Of a stretch of DNA of 64,000 nucleotides, positions 8,323-16,225 are shown one piece after another. A program made the translations under genes and the position numbers. A model generated the notes under the pieces. That model saw only the letters and a list, made by a program, of their open reading frames with translations. It had not been told where the DNA came from and did no database searches. Source of the DNA: a virus. Each line of letters starts with the position of its first letter. The first letter of the stretch is position 1. The stretch lies in IMG/VR virus record IMGVR_UViG_3300045988_056849; one strand, 5' to 3'.

Positions 8323-8810
8323 TGATAGCAACAAAAGAAAATAGCCTGATTGTAGAACTCCGCACCTTTGCTAAGCTAATAGGAGAAGAAGGAAGACAAG
8401 CGGAGTTCTACCGTCAGATGCTAAAAGACGCAAAGCCCATAGAGGTTGTACGATTATCGGATGTATTCACGGAAACCGAGATAAAAGCAATAAAGAAGTT
8501 CGTCAAGCCTCAAGTCAAGGAATGTTTCCGCAACGCAACTCTATTCGCTCATATCTTCCCAGAGGTCAAATATGTCGAAGGCAAGATGACGGTTTGCGGT
8601 ACGTTCGGAACGGAGCATGCTTGGAATAAGGTAGGCGACAAGTACGTTGATATCACTATGGAGCTTGCTTTACAACGAGACCCAACGAAAGAGGAGTATA
8701 TGGCTTTGGGAGAGTATGACCAAGAAACCGTTGTTAGCATCTGTTCTGAGGTAGGCTTCTATGGTAGTGTGTATCCGATATTGTATAACAAACAAAATTC
8801 CGAGAAATGA
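8322..8810 (+). CDS. transglutaminase-like / papain-fold cysteine peptidase candidate
   Basis: Ordered Cys (KECFRNATLFAH), His (GTEHAWNKV) and Asp (KYVDIT) with spacing typical of the transglutaminase core. Confidence 0.45.
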   Translation: MIATKENSLIVELRTFAKLIGEEGRQAEFYRQMLKDAKPIEVVRLSDVFTETEIKAIKKFVKPQVKECFRNATLFAHIFPEVKYVEGKMTVCGTFGTEHAWNKVGDKYVDITMELALQRDPTKEEYMALGEYDQETVVSICSEVGFYGSVYPILYNKQNSEK

Positions 8811-8873
8811 AAAAGTTTGAATATTTGAGATTATCTTACAGCGTAGTTCAACCTTGTAAGAAAGAGGTAAAAG

Positions 8874-9092
8874 ATGGACAAGAAATATAATATAGCAAAA
8901 GCTATCAACATACTGGTATGTATGGGTATAGTAGTAGCGATAATGCTTTGTGCGTACAATGCTTGGAGCCTGAACGGTGAATATACTTTATTCAGTTTCT
9001 TTGCTTCTTTGGTAATGCACGGAGGATTGGGAATAATGATATATTGCGGAGTTGATTGGATACTCCGCAGAGTGTTTCACCAAATTAAGTAA
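8874..9092 (+). CDS. small membrane protein (2 TM)
   Basis: Two hydrophobic segments, INILVCMGIVVAIMLCAY and LVMHGGLGIMIYCGV. Confidence 0.55.
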   Translation: MDKKYNIAKAINILVCMGIVVAIMLCAYNAWSLNGEYTLFSFFASLVMHGGLGIMIYCGVDWILRRVFHQIK

Positions 9093-9094
9093 AG

Positions 9095-9340
9095 ATGAAA
9101 AAATTGATTATGTTGCTAATGTTAATCATAGCCTCAAGTTGCGGGATTAACAGATACCAACCAGTTCAGAACGAAGAAAGAACAGATGTAATAAAACAAG
9201 AGATTAAAGAAGAGCCGAGAGAAGGACAAATAACAATAATCGAAGTACCACGTCAGAAGTTTACGAGAGAACAAAGAATAATGTTAAACAAAATAAAAGA
9301 ACAAGCAGAAGATGTCGAATTTGAAGAAATTCAAGGTTAA
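9095..9340 (+). CDS. putative lipoprotein
   Basis: Signal peptide MKKLIMLLMLIIASSC with a lipobox-like ASSC. Confidence 0.55.
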   Translation: MKKLIMLLMLIIASSCGINRYQPVQNEERTDVIKQEIKEEPREGQITIIEVPRQKFTREQRIMLNKIKEQAEDVEFEEIQG

Positions 9341-9497
9341 GTTCTTTGGTAGCAAACACCGTAAAGAACAAATCAAACAAGTTAAAAATCTTATCGTTGA
9401 CGCTCCGAAGAGAGAAGCAGTTGAGGACGTTCTGCGTCACCAATACGGCTACGAGGTAATCAACGGATTGAAAATTCACGATTATGAAGGAGAATGA
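9312..9497 (+). CDS. hypothetical small protein
   Basis: 61-aa ORF overlapping its neighbours. Confidence 0.35.
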   Translation: MSNLKKFKVKFFGSKHRKEQIKQVKNLIVDAPKREAVEDVLRHQYGYEVINGLKIHDYEGE

Positions 9498-9951
9498 AAA
9501 CATTGACCCTATGCTTGAGGCGAAAGCTACTTGCTTGGGAGGTTGTCTGACTATGGTAGTCATGGGCGTATTATTAGCAATAGTCCTATTCCTTACCAGC
9601 TGTAACGGAGCTTTTGAACGCAAAGACCCAAGGGCAGTAACGTATCGGGAGAAGGTAAGTGATACAGATACTTCGGATATATGGAGAAACGTCACCTATG
9701 AGCTTGTAAGTGTGTCGTATGATACTGTTCCGAAGGTACGGAGGGAACGAAGTACCATAGAGCCTGAAATTTTAGCTCCGAAGGTTCAGACCATACCGAA
9801 AGACCGTGTTGATTTGAACGATTATCTTGGAGACCCAGACGATGGTACTGATTGGAATTACACCGAGATAGACGAAGAGGCAGAAAAGTATCTTGATGAC
9901 TTGGGAATTTATTGGGATAGCGACAAAGAATATTGGAGGAAAAGAAAATGA
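9484..9951 (+). CDS. membrane-anchored protein (1 TM)
   Basis: TM segment CLGGCLTMVVMGVLLAIVLFLTSC with an acidic C-terminal part. Confidence 0.5.
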   Translation: MKENENIDPMLEAKATCLGGCLTMVVMGVLLAIVLFLTSCNGAFERKDPRAVTYREKVSDTDTSDIWRNVTYELVSVSYDTVPKVRRERSTIEPEILAPKVQTIPKDRVDLNDYLGDPDDGTDWNYTEIDEEAEKYLDDLGIYWDSDKEYWRKRK

Positions 9952-10232
9952 GCAAAATCTACGGAGTTTATATGGCGTACACTAAATATGAAGTATTGCC
10001 TGATGAGGAGTGCAACAATCCAGACATTCCTAAATACCCACCCGAAATAGCGAGAGTGAGAATGTACGACAATAAGCAAGCACAAATGGATGCTTATGCT
10101 AATACGATGTGTCCTGCTTCTCAATGTTTTGAAGCCGATACGAAAGAAGAGGCAGACAAAATAGTTGAGGACTACAAAAAGAAGTTCCAAGATAAGGCTT
10201 GGCTTGAGGAAAACATAGAGCCGTATATTTGA
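9948..10232 (+). CDS. hypothetical protein
   Basis: ATG 9948 overlaps TGA 9949-9951 (ATGA). The ORF-track start is 9933. Confidence 0.5.
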   Translation: MSKIYGVYMAYTKYEVLPDEECNNPDIPKYPPEIARVRMYDNKQAQMDAYANTMCPASQCFEADTKEEADKIVEDYKKKFQDKAWLEENIEPYI

Positions 10233-10241
10233 TATCAAAGC

Positions 10242-10333
10242 GTTAAATTTTGGGCATTTTTAGTTAAAAGCGAAATTTCTACAAAGATTTTTCGCTTTTT
10301 ATTTTGCCGTTTGCGAAATAGTTTCTACCTTCG
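10242..10333 (+). promoter_or_regulatory. early-type promoter cassette copy C
   Basis: GTTAAAT block followed by TTTTGGGCA (the inverse of TGCCCAAAA in copies A and B). TTTG at 10303-10306, N19, TACCTTCG at 10326-10333. Confidence 0.6.
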
Positions 10334-10361
10334 TACCAGATAACAATTAAAACATACGGTT

Positions 10362-10721
10362 ATGGCAGTTTATAGAGAAGGTTACAAAGCTATCGAAGCT
10401 ATCGAAGCTATAAAAAGAGCAAGTAAGAGAATTTACAATGACGCTTGCGACTATGGTGCTCCAACCAAGAAAGGAGACGTGATTTGGAACTATGCTAAAC
10501 AACTATGCGATTGGTACGGAGTAGAGGGAACAAGGAAGGAGAGCCGATACAGCACTGGTTGTACTCTTACTCAGGACGTAAAATTGATAGACGAATGGGC
10601 TGTAAGTGACGAACGCAAGACTTTATCTCAAGCGACCGAGATTTATACAGTTACCTTCGTGACTTGCTCAGATGGTCAATGTAAAGGCATGAACGGATAT
10701 ATTTACATAACAAAGAAATAA
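10362..10721 (+). CDS. hypothetical protein
   Basis: First ORF after promoter copy C. No motif. Confidence 0.55.
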   Translation: MAVYREGYKAIEAIEAIKRASKRIYNDACDYGAPTKKGDVIWNYAKQLCDWYGVEGTRKESRYSTGCTLTQDVKLIDEWAVSDERKTLSQATEIYTVTFVTCSDGQCKGMNGYIYITKK

Positions 10722-10725
10722 ACAT

Positions 10726-11028
10726 ATGGGACTTATTATTTTGAACGAACAGGAAAAGAAGGATTTATTGGTATTGTTGAAAAGCTCCGATAACGAGTGT
10801 TATGATAACATTATCAAGAAACTGAGAAAAAAGCCTATTTGGAAACGTATCTTGTATGTACTTGACGGGCGTTTCGGCAATAAAGTATTAAAGGAACAAT
10901 ACAGAGGATGGTGGCGACTATTCACCTATGGTACATTGGTTATCCTATTTATAAGGTTTGTAATGTTTCCTTTCTTTCAATGGTGGGATGGAGTTGTAAG
11001 TTTTCTGAACTATGTAATTTGGGGATGA
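10726..11028 (+). CDS. membrane protein
   Basis: C-terminal hydrophobic segment LFTYGTLVILFIRFVMFPFF. Confidence 0.5.
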   Translation: MGLIILNEQEKKDLLVLLKSSDNECYDNIIKKLRKKPIWKRILYVLDGRFGNKVLKEQYRGWWRLFTYGTLVILFIRFVMFPFFQWWDGVVSFLNYVIWG

Positions 11029-11029
11029 T

Positions 11030-11329
11030 ATGACTCATAAGGAAATACTATCCGAGATTGATTGGGAGGTAAAGAAGCAAGAACGCTTCTTGAACCTTGT
11101 AGGCAGAGCCAATCGAATGAAGCCCAAAGATAGGGAAGCCGTTTTGAAGAACGCTTGTTGGGTAGATGGTACGGTTGAAGGACAAGTCCAGTATTGTTTA
11201 AGGAAGAGAGAAAAACTGCTGAAGGCTTATAGAAAGTTATATGATAAGTGGATTAATATAAAAAGACCATTCAAATACTCAATATTTGATGATAAAACAA
11301 AAAAAGATGATTTGCGAGACAAACATTAA
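11030..11329 (+). CDS. hypothetical protein
   Basis: ATG ORF, basic. Confidence 0.5.
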   Translation: MTHKEILSEIDWEVKKQERFLNLVGRANRMKPKDREAVLKNACWVDGTVEGQVQYCLRKREKLLKAYRKLYDKWINIKRPFKYSIFDDKTKKDDLRDKH

Positions 11330-11546
11330 ACCGCTTCTTCATCAACTTCAAACTTGGGAAGAAACTGATGACCCAAACATTAGAGTTTTGAAACAAACTA
11401 AAACGGTTTATGTTGATAATAGATACGAAGCTAAATTGAGATTATTCAATTATATACGTTATACCAAAAACGGTTTAGAAATCCCAAAATATGAACCTTA
11501 TAAAAATACTGAAATAGGTAAAACAGTTCCCATACTTAATTTTTGA
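11286..11546 (+). CDS. hypothetical protein
   Basis: ORF track. Alternative ATG at 11307. Overlaps the previous gene. Confidence 0.4.
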   Translation: MMIKQKKMICETNIKPLLHQLQTWEETDDPNIRVLKQTKTVYVDNRYEAKLRLFNYIRYTKNGLEIPKYEPYKNTEIGKTVPILNF

Positions 11547-11565
11547 ATCCAAACACATAGCAAGG

Positions 11566-11632
11566 TTGCTCGTGAACTCCAACCTTCGGGGTGATAAAAG
11601 ACTTCGGAGGAGAAAGCGGAACTCACGAGCAA
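11566..11632 (+). ncRNA. candidate structured RNA or complex terminator (10-bp closing stem, two CTTCGG elements)
   Basis: TTGCTCGTGA (11566-11575) pairs perfectly with TCACGAGCAA (11623-11632). The interior holds CC-TTCG-GG and C-TTCG-G tetraloop-type hairpins and is followed by TCATATTTTAATT. Confidence 0.4.
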
Positions 11633-11695
11633 TCATATTTTAATTGCCTGACGAAACGTAACAATACCAAAGATAACCGCCAAAATAATTTTGCT

Positions 11696-11832
11696 ATAAG
11701 GGGGTGTTTAGGGGGATATTCTGCGTGAGCGTACATGTACATACGTAAGCAAAAAAACTTTCTTATCAGAAATAAAGACATAACAAATAATTGAGAACTT
11801 TCTTTGCTACTTTCTTTGGTTCATAAGGGGGT
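11696..11832 (+). repeat. repeat cluster in the large non-coding region
   Basis: ATAAGGGGGT occurs at 11696-11705 and 11823-11832. Perfect palindrome GTACATGTAC at 11731-11740. ACTTTCTTTG occurs at 11797-11806 and 11809-11818, with a partial copy at 11757-11765. Confidence 0.8.
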
Positions 11833-11877
11833 AACCATCAAAGTTATCCTACCCAGTATGTATAAAAAATTGTAAAT

Positions 11878-12456
11878 ATGAATTGGATTAAGAAATTTGC
11901 TCAATGGCTTCTATCGGAGGAACTTGCCGAAGAAAGGAAGCATTATCAGAAAATCAATGACGACCTACGAGCCGACAAGGAAGCATTGGAAAAATCGAAC
12001 GAAGGTTTGAGACGTTTAGCATTCGGGAGACGTAAACACCTTGTATCTCAATTAATGCTTGAGTGTATAGTAAAGTGCTTACCAGACCCAAATGCCGTAG
12101 GAACAGGAGGCATAACCGCTTCGGACATCAAATTGCGTAACATGGGTTTTGTAGATGAGATTGGTGGAAGGAAGTACGACCATAAGTGCTTCGTCAAGGA
12201 AATAACAGCTCACGAAGGAGAGCGAGGAGCGATTGTCCACATAACCGACTACAACATGAATATCTTCATTCCGCTGAGAAAGGAGAATGTCAGTTATGAG
12301 ATGTACGGTGTTCAAACCGCAATTGAGACTTACTTCTGGGACTTTTATGGAGCAGGGTTAAGGATGTTAAGTGCGGAAGCATGGGCGATGGCTACGGAGT
12401 TCATACGAGCACAAAACAATGTATTGAAAGAATTTAGAGAACAAGGATTGTTATGA
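11878..12456 (+). CDS. hypothetical protein
   Basis: 192-aa ORF after the non-coding region. Confidence 0.55.
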   Translation: MNWIKKFAQWLLSEELAEERKHYQKINDDLRADKEALEKSNEGLRRLAFGRRKHLVSQLMLECIVKCLPDPNAVGTGGITASDIKLRNMGFVDEIGGRKYDHKCFVKEITAHEGERGAIVHITDYNMNIFIPLRKENVSYEMYGVQTAIETYFWDFYGAGLRMLSAEAWAMATEFIRAQNNVLKEFREQGLL

Positions 12457-12875
12457 AAGTAAGAGTCAGTCAAATACCCGAAGAAAGCGGCAAGCCGAAG
12501 TATCAAAAGAAGATGAAAACCACGACAAAGAAGGCAAAGGACTTCGATGACGAGGAAGATGATGACGACTTTGGAGAGGAGCCTGAGGAGGACGAGCCGA
12601 AACGGTTGAAGAAAACAATGATTAACTTCGGAGAGGAGGGAATTGTTATATCAGCCTACGATTTGAACTGCATTGAGAAGGATATGCGATTTGTAGAGAA
12701 ACCGACCGCTCACTGGGAGTTCGGTATCACGATAAACAAAGGACTCAATCCAGGGCAGTTCATCAACAAAACGGACTTATCTATGTGGTATATCAAGGAG
12801 GAAGTCAGAGACCGAAAATGGGACAGACTGATGGAACTCCTGAAATTAGAAGGTCTCAACGTTATTGAAGTGTAA
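12453..12875 (+). CDS. hypothetical protein with an acidic N-terminal region
   Basis: ATGA overlap. Contains a DDEEDDDDFGEEPEEDE tract. Confidence 0.55.
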   Translation: MKVRVSQIPEESGKPKYQKKMKTTTKKAKDFDDEEDDDDFGEEPEEDEPKRLKKTMINFGEEGIVISAYDLNCIEKDMRFVEKPTAHWEFGITINKGLNPGQFINKTDLSMWYIKEEVRDRKWDRLMELLKLEGLNVIEV

Positions 12876-12879
12876 GTAA

Positions 12880-12889
12880 ACAGTTATAG
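12880..12889 (+). promoter_or_regulatory. ACAGTTATAG motif copy 1
   Basis: Exact 10-mer, 38 nt upstream of the HU start codon. Confidence 0.5.
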
Positions 12890-12926
12890 TACCGTTACAT
12901 TTTGTTAAATTTAATTGTAAAGAAAA

Positions 12927-13229
12927 ATGAAAAAGTATGAATTGGTAGCCGCAGTGGCTAAGGAAACTGGGATGACCCAGACAGACGTGAACAAAGTAAT
13001 CGACGCAATGTGTCCTGTAATCGTAAAGGCTTGCGTTGAGGATGGTGACGAAGTGAACCTGCCTACTCTTGGTAAGTTCAAACAGAAGGTCAACCCTGCT
13101 CGCAAGGGCATCAATCCGTTGACCAAGAAACCGATGGATGTGCCTGAGAGTCATACGTTGAAGTTCACACCGACAACAACTATCAAGAAGGTTATTCAGC
13201 CCAAAGCAGCAAAGAAAGCTAAAAAGTAA
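12927..13229 (+). CDS. HU/IHF-family DNA-binding protein
   Basis: MKKYELVAAVAKETGMTQTDVNKVIDAM...LPTLGKFKQKVNPARKGINPLTKKPMDVPESHTLKF follows the HU fold signature, including the R-x-G-x-NP arm. Confidence 0.9.
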   Translation: MKKYELVAAVAKETGMTQTDVNKVIDAMCPVIVKACVEDGDEVNLPTLGKFKQKVNPARKGINPLTKKPMDVPESHTLKFTPTTTIKKVIQPKAAKKAKK

Positions 13230-13250
13230 GCGAATACCCGAATGACGAGA

Positions 13251-13295
13251 GAATGGAGATTGGCGAATAATGTTTGCTTTTCTCCGTTTCTTTTT
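13251..13295 (+). terminator. rho-independent terminator
   Basis: GAATGGAGA ... TCTCCGTTTC imperfect stem followed by TTTTT. Confidence 0.5.
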
Positions 13296-13337
13296 CTCCC
13301 AAAGTTTATAATTACAATTTAACAAAAGCAGAATGTA

Positions 13338-13628
13338 ATGAAAGCAATAACAACGAAAGAAAAGTTACCAAAGTTTCTTGTAGTGAATGCCGAAGCTCCG
13401 AGCAAGCCTTGGAATAAGTATTTGCTGAAACCTTACGAGAAAGGTGAAATTGTGAAAGTCGCTCCGTTTGAAGAACAAGTATCTCACCCCAGCGTTGGTT
13501 CAACTCCTGAACAGTTCCGCAAAAGATACGTTGTTATATATCGTAAAGATGAAGAAGGCAAATGGACGCTGAAATATACACAAGGATGGGAATCATTTGA
13601 TTTATTAACAACAATAAAAAAGAAGTAG
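13338..13628 (+). CDS. hypothetical protein
   Basis: ATG ORF. Confidence 0.5.
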   Translation: MKAITTKEKLPKFLVVNAEAPSKPWNKYLLKPYEKGEIVKVAPFEEQVSHPSVGSTPEQFRKRYVVIYRKDEEGKWTLKYTQGWESFDLLTTIKKK

Positions 13629-13629
13629 T

Positions 13630-14265
13630 ATGAAACGTTTGAAAAGATTTATTTTGAGCTTGTTGCTCACGAAACAGGAACGAGTTATGATTTGGAACGC
13701 TCTTTGGTTCTCTAATCATACCTACAGGAGAAGGGGAAATGTAGATGGTGCTGCCGCAGTACAGATGGTGATGAACAGAACTGAGGGGTTGATTGTACCG
13801 AAAGGCAGAAAATACTCCGAGAAAGAACTTGTCGAGATTGTTGAAGGAATTATCAACGAAGCGGCAAAGGCAAGCGAGGAAGTAACAAGACATGTTGCCC
13901 GTCAAGAGTTCAACAAAGGCTATCGGAAAGGTAGAAGCGAAAGAACGCTTGAAGAGATTGCTGAACCACTCAGACCTTTCGGCAGAGCCGTACACGTTGA
14001 GGAGAAAGACGGCAAATTGGAAGTTGATATGGAACTCAACGAAGGTATGGAGATTGACCGTGAGAAGTGCGAAACATGCGATGCTCGTGAAGGCTGTATT
14101 ATCTTCGCTATGATATTTGGTCAGGACAAAGAAGAGGATGCCGAGGGCAGCGATTCAAAGCCGACTGAAGGCGAAGATACCGAGAAGGAGGAGAAAGATG
14201 AAGAGCAAGCACCCGAAGGCACTGAAGGACATCACGAAGCTCCGAAGGAAGATGAGGGCAAATAA
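13630..14265 (+). CDS. hypothetical protein with an acidic C-terminal tail
   Basis: 211-aa ORF ending in an E/D/K-rich tail. Confidence 0.55.
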   Translation: MKRLKRFILSLLLTKQERVMIWNALWFSNHTYRRRGNVDGAAAVQMVMNRTEGLIVPKGRKYSEKELVEIVEGIINEAAKASEEVTRHVARQEFNKGYRKGRSERTLEEIAEPLRPFGRAVHVEEKDGKLEVDMELNEGMEIDREKCETCDAREGCIIFAMIFGQDKEEDAEGSDSKPTEGEDTEKEEKDEEQAPEGTEGHHEAPKEDEGK

Positions 14266-14286
14266 AATTCTTTGATTGTCTATATA

Positions 14287-14327
14287 GAAACCGTGCGGCA
14301 AGGTTAATAACTAAGTCACACGGTTTC
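14287..14327 (+). terminator. hairpin (possible terminator)
   Basis: GAAACCGTG-N23-CACGGTTTC, a perfect 9-bp stem. The downstream T-run is weak. Confidence 0.4.
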
Positions 14328-14345
14328 AACATTTAATAACAAGAT

Positions 14346-15008
14346 ATGATAAAGAGTAATTACATAGTATTTGACTGCGAAACAGGTGGGTTATATGAGG
14401 ACAAAAATCCAATAACCCAATATGCTGCGGTTGTTCTTGACGGCTCTACTTTGAAAGAGATAGACCGTTGGGAAACTTTCGTCAAGCCTTATGCTGATTT
14501 AGTTATCGAACAGGATGCGTTGGATAGGACTATGGTGAGTATGTCCGATATAAACAAGGGCATGAGCATTAAGGAGTTTATATCAACCGCTACGGAGTTC
14601 TGGGAAACTCATAGAGCAAAGTCCAAGAAGAAGGAAATGGGACGGCTTGTACCAGTAGGTCATAACGTTCCTTTTGATATTCGGTTTTTGAATTACGCTC
14701 TTTCTCTTCAGAAGAAGGATGATGTTGAGTTTTGGATGTATCCGAATATCATTGATACCTTTCCGCTTGCTAAGTTAGCGTGGGGAATTAATGGAGACGA
14801 GAAAATCAACTTGGGAGCTTCTTGCGAGAGGGCAAAGATACGACTTACAGATGCTCACGGAGCGATGAATGACGTAGAAGCGACAGCCGACCTTCTAAGA
14901 TGGTATATGCGTAAACTCCGAGCGAAGAAAGGAGAAGGAGCGGCAGAAGCTACTCAGGGCAGAGCGAAGGGAGATGAGTTCTTTGAGTTCAAATGTGGAG
15001 CAAAGTAA
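14346..15008 (+). CDS. DEDD-family 3'-5' exonuclease (DnaQ-like)
   Basis: Exo I IVFDCETGGL, Exo II GHNVPFDIRFL and Exo III HGAMNDVEATADL. Confidence 0.85.
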   Translation: MIKSNYIVFDCETGGLYEDKNPITQYAAVVLDGSTLKEIDRWETFVKPYADLVIEQDALDRTMVSMSDINKGMSIKEFISTATEFWETHRAKSKKKEMGRLVPVGHNVPFDIRFLNYALSLQKKDDVEFWMYPNIIDTFPLAKLAWGINGDEKINLGASCERAKIRLTDAHGAMNDVEATADLLRWYMRKLRAKKGEGAAEATQGRAKGDEFFEFKCGAK

Positions 15009-15030
15009 TTTTCACAAAGTTTATAATAAT

Positions 15031-15351
15031 ATGAGCAAAGAAACGTTTGATTTAGCTTCTAATTTAGAACAAGCATTTAATAGTATTGGAACATCAATGA
15101 TGTCTTTGAATTTTGCTTCAAAATTGCTTGCTTATGTAGCAGTAATGGGCGGAGGCAATGAAGCAGTTACTATGCACGAAGGTTTGAACGCTGGTATAGC
15201 AATAGCTCAAAGGAAGTTCAATATATTTGGCGGTGAAGTTCCAGATTATAAAGGAATTATTTGCATCAGAGCTTTCATTAATGAGCTTGAAAGGAAGGGT
15301 GATAAAACTCCTTGGTTAAAGGAAATATATGACCGTTATAATTTGAAATAA
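15031..15351 (+). CDS. hypothetical protein
   Basis: ATG 15031 downstream of the previous stop. The ORF-track start 14974 would overlap. Confidence 0.5.
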   Translation: MSKETFDLASNLEQAFNSIGTSMMSLNFASKLLAYVAVMGGGNEAVTMHEGLNAGIAIAQRKFNIFGGEVPDYKGIICIRAFINELERKGDKTPWLKEIYDRYNLK

Positions 15352-15361
15352 ACAGTTATAG
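15352..15361 (+). promoter_or_regulatory. ACAGTTATAG motif copy 2
   Basis: Exact 10-mer immediately after the stop of the previous gene, 27 nt before ATG 15388. Confidence 0.5.
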
Positions 15362-15387
15362 TAATCATAAATGTAAATTAAAATCGT

Positions 15388-16146
15388 ATGTCTGAAACAA
15401 ATGAAACTCCGAAACGTAAACGGAGAACAAAAGAAGAGATTGAAGCTGCTAAGGCAGCAGGCACTTACAAGCCGAGAACAAGAAAGAAAGTTGAGGAAGC
15501 TCCGAAAGAGGAAACAGCGAAAGCTCCTGAGGAGTTCCAAGCAAAACCTACGAAACTGCCTGCTGAACAATCCGTTCTGATTATGGCTTGCCTTCAGCCT
15601 GAGGTTTCAAAGAGAGCTATTGAAGCGGCAAAGGAGAAAGGCGTTGAGGTTGTAATTCTTGAAGACCGAGTAATTCACGACTACTTGAGCGTGCGTGATA
15701 AGGATAACAAAGAAGCAAGAAGTTTGGGAGACTTCCTGAATGATACTTCCAATCGTTTGCATGCTGAAGACCAATGCGTGAAGTTATGGATGATACTTAC
15801 GAAGGGTCAACCGATTGAGAACGCAGAGCAACGTGTATTCACGAGAACGGAGGTTGTTAAGTCAACTAATCTATCTCACGGAAAAGCTGACCAAGTCTTT
15901 CAGTTACTCCGAGCCTTCGGAATGTTACGTTTCACGAAAGGAACGCACGAGTTTGTTCTCAACTTCAGCAAGAAGAAATGTCACGATACTATCAAAACAG
16001 AAGTTCTTGCGATGTGCAAAGCGTTGAGCAACGACATTCTCCGTTACAAGGCATCAATTGAAGCCGATACTGAATTGACGAAAGAGCAAAAAGATGAAAT
16101 GTATAAAGAGTTACAAAGAGCCGTTGACGAGACAATCGAGTATTAA
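15388..16146 (+). CDS. hypothetical protein (possible small terminase, by position only)
   Basis: Basic N-terminus KRKRRTKEEIEAAK and an HTH-like central segment. Lies directly upstream of terL. Confidence 0.5.
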   Translation: MSETNETPKRKRRTKEEIEAAKAAGTYKPRTRKKVEEAPKEETAKAPEEFQAKPTKLPAEQSVLIMACLQPEVSKRAIEAAKEKGVEVVILEDRVIHDYLSVRDKDNKEARSLGDFLNDTSNRLHAEDQCVKLWMILTKGQPIENAEQRVFTRTEVVKSTNLSHGKADQVFQLLRAFGMLRFTKGTHEFVLNFSKKKCHDTIKTEVLAMCKALSNDILRYKASIEADTELTKEQKDEMYKELQRAVDETIEY

Positions 16147-16174
16147 GCGGAAACAACCATAAAAAGAGTTTGAG

Positions 16175-16206
16175 AGCTAACAGGGTACAATCCTTGTTAG
16201 CTTTTG
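16175..16206 (+). terminator. rho-independent terminator
   Basis: AGCTAACAGG-GTACAAT-CCTTGTTAGCT (one bulge) followed by TTTG. Confidence 0.6.
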
Positions 16207-16225
16207 TCGTATAAAGAGGATTGAT

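Noticed and set aside
9261-9695. 144-aa minus-strand ORF
   Set aside because: It has an S/L/F-rich antisense-type composition. It overlaps two + strand ORFs that fit the tight co-directional packing.
10389-10411. Tandem GCTATCGAA x2.5 repeat
   Set aside because: It lies in-frame inside ORF 10362..10721 and encodes AIEAIEAI. It is too short to be more than local slippage.
11566-11632. Possible tRNA
   Set aside because: At 67 nt with a 10-bp closing stem, it has no cloverleaf, no T-loop (GTTCRANYC) or D-loop signatures, and no 7-bp acceptor geometry. It is kept only as a generic structured-RNA or terminator candidate.
12846-13325. 159-aa minus-strand ORF
   Set aside because: It lies antisense to the clearly recognisable HU gene (12927..13229) and its terminator. 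Its composition is typical of antisense read-through, and no other minus-strand gene is credible in this window.
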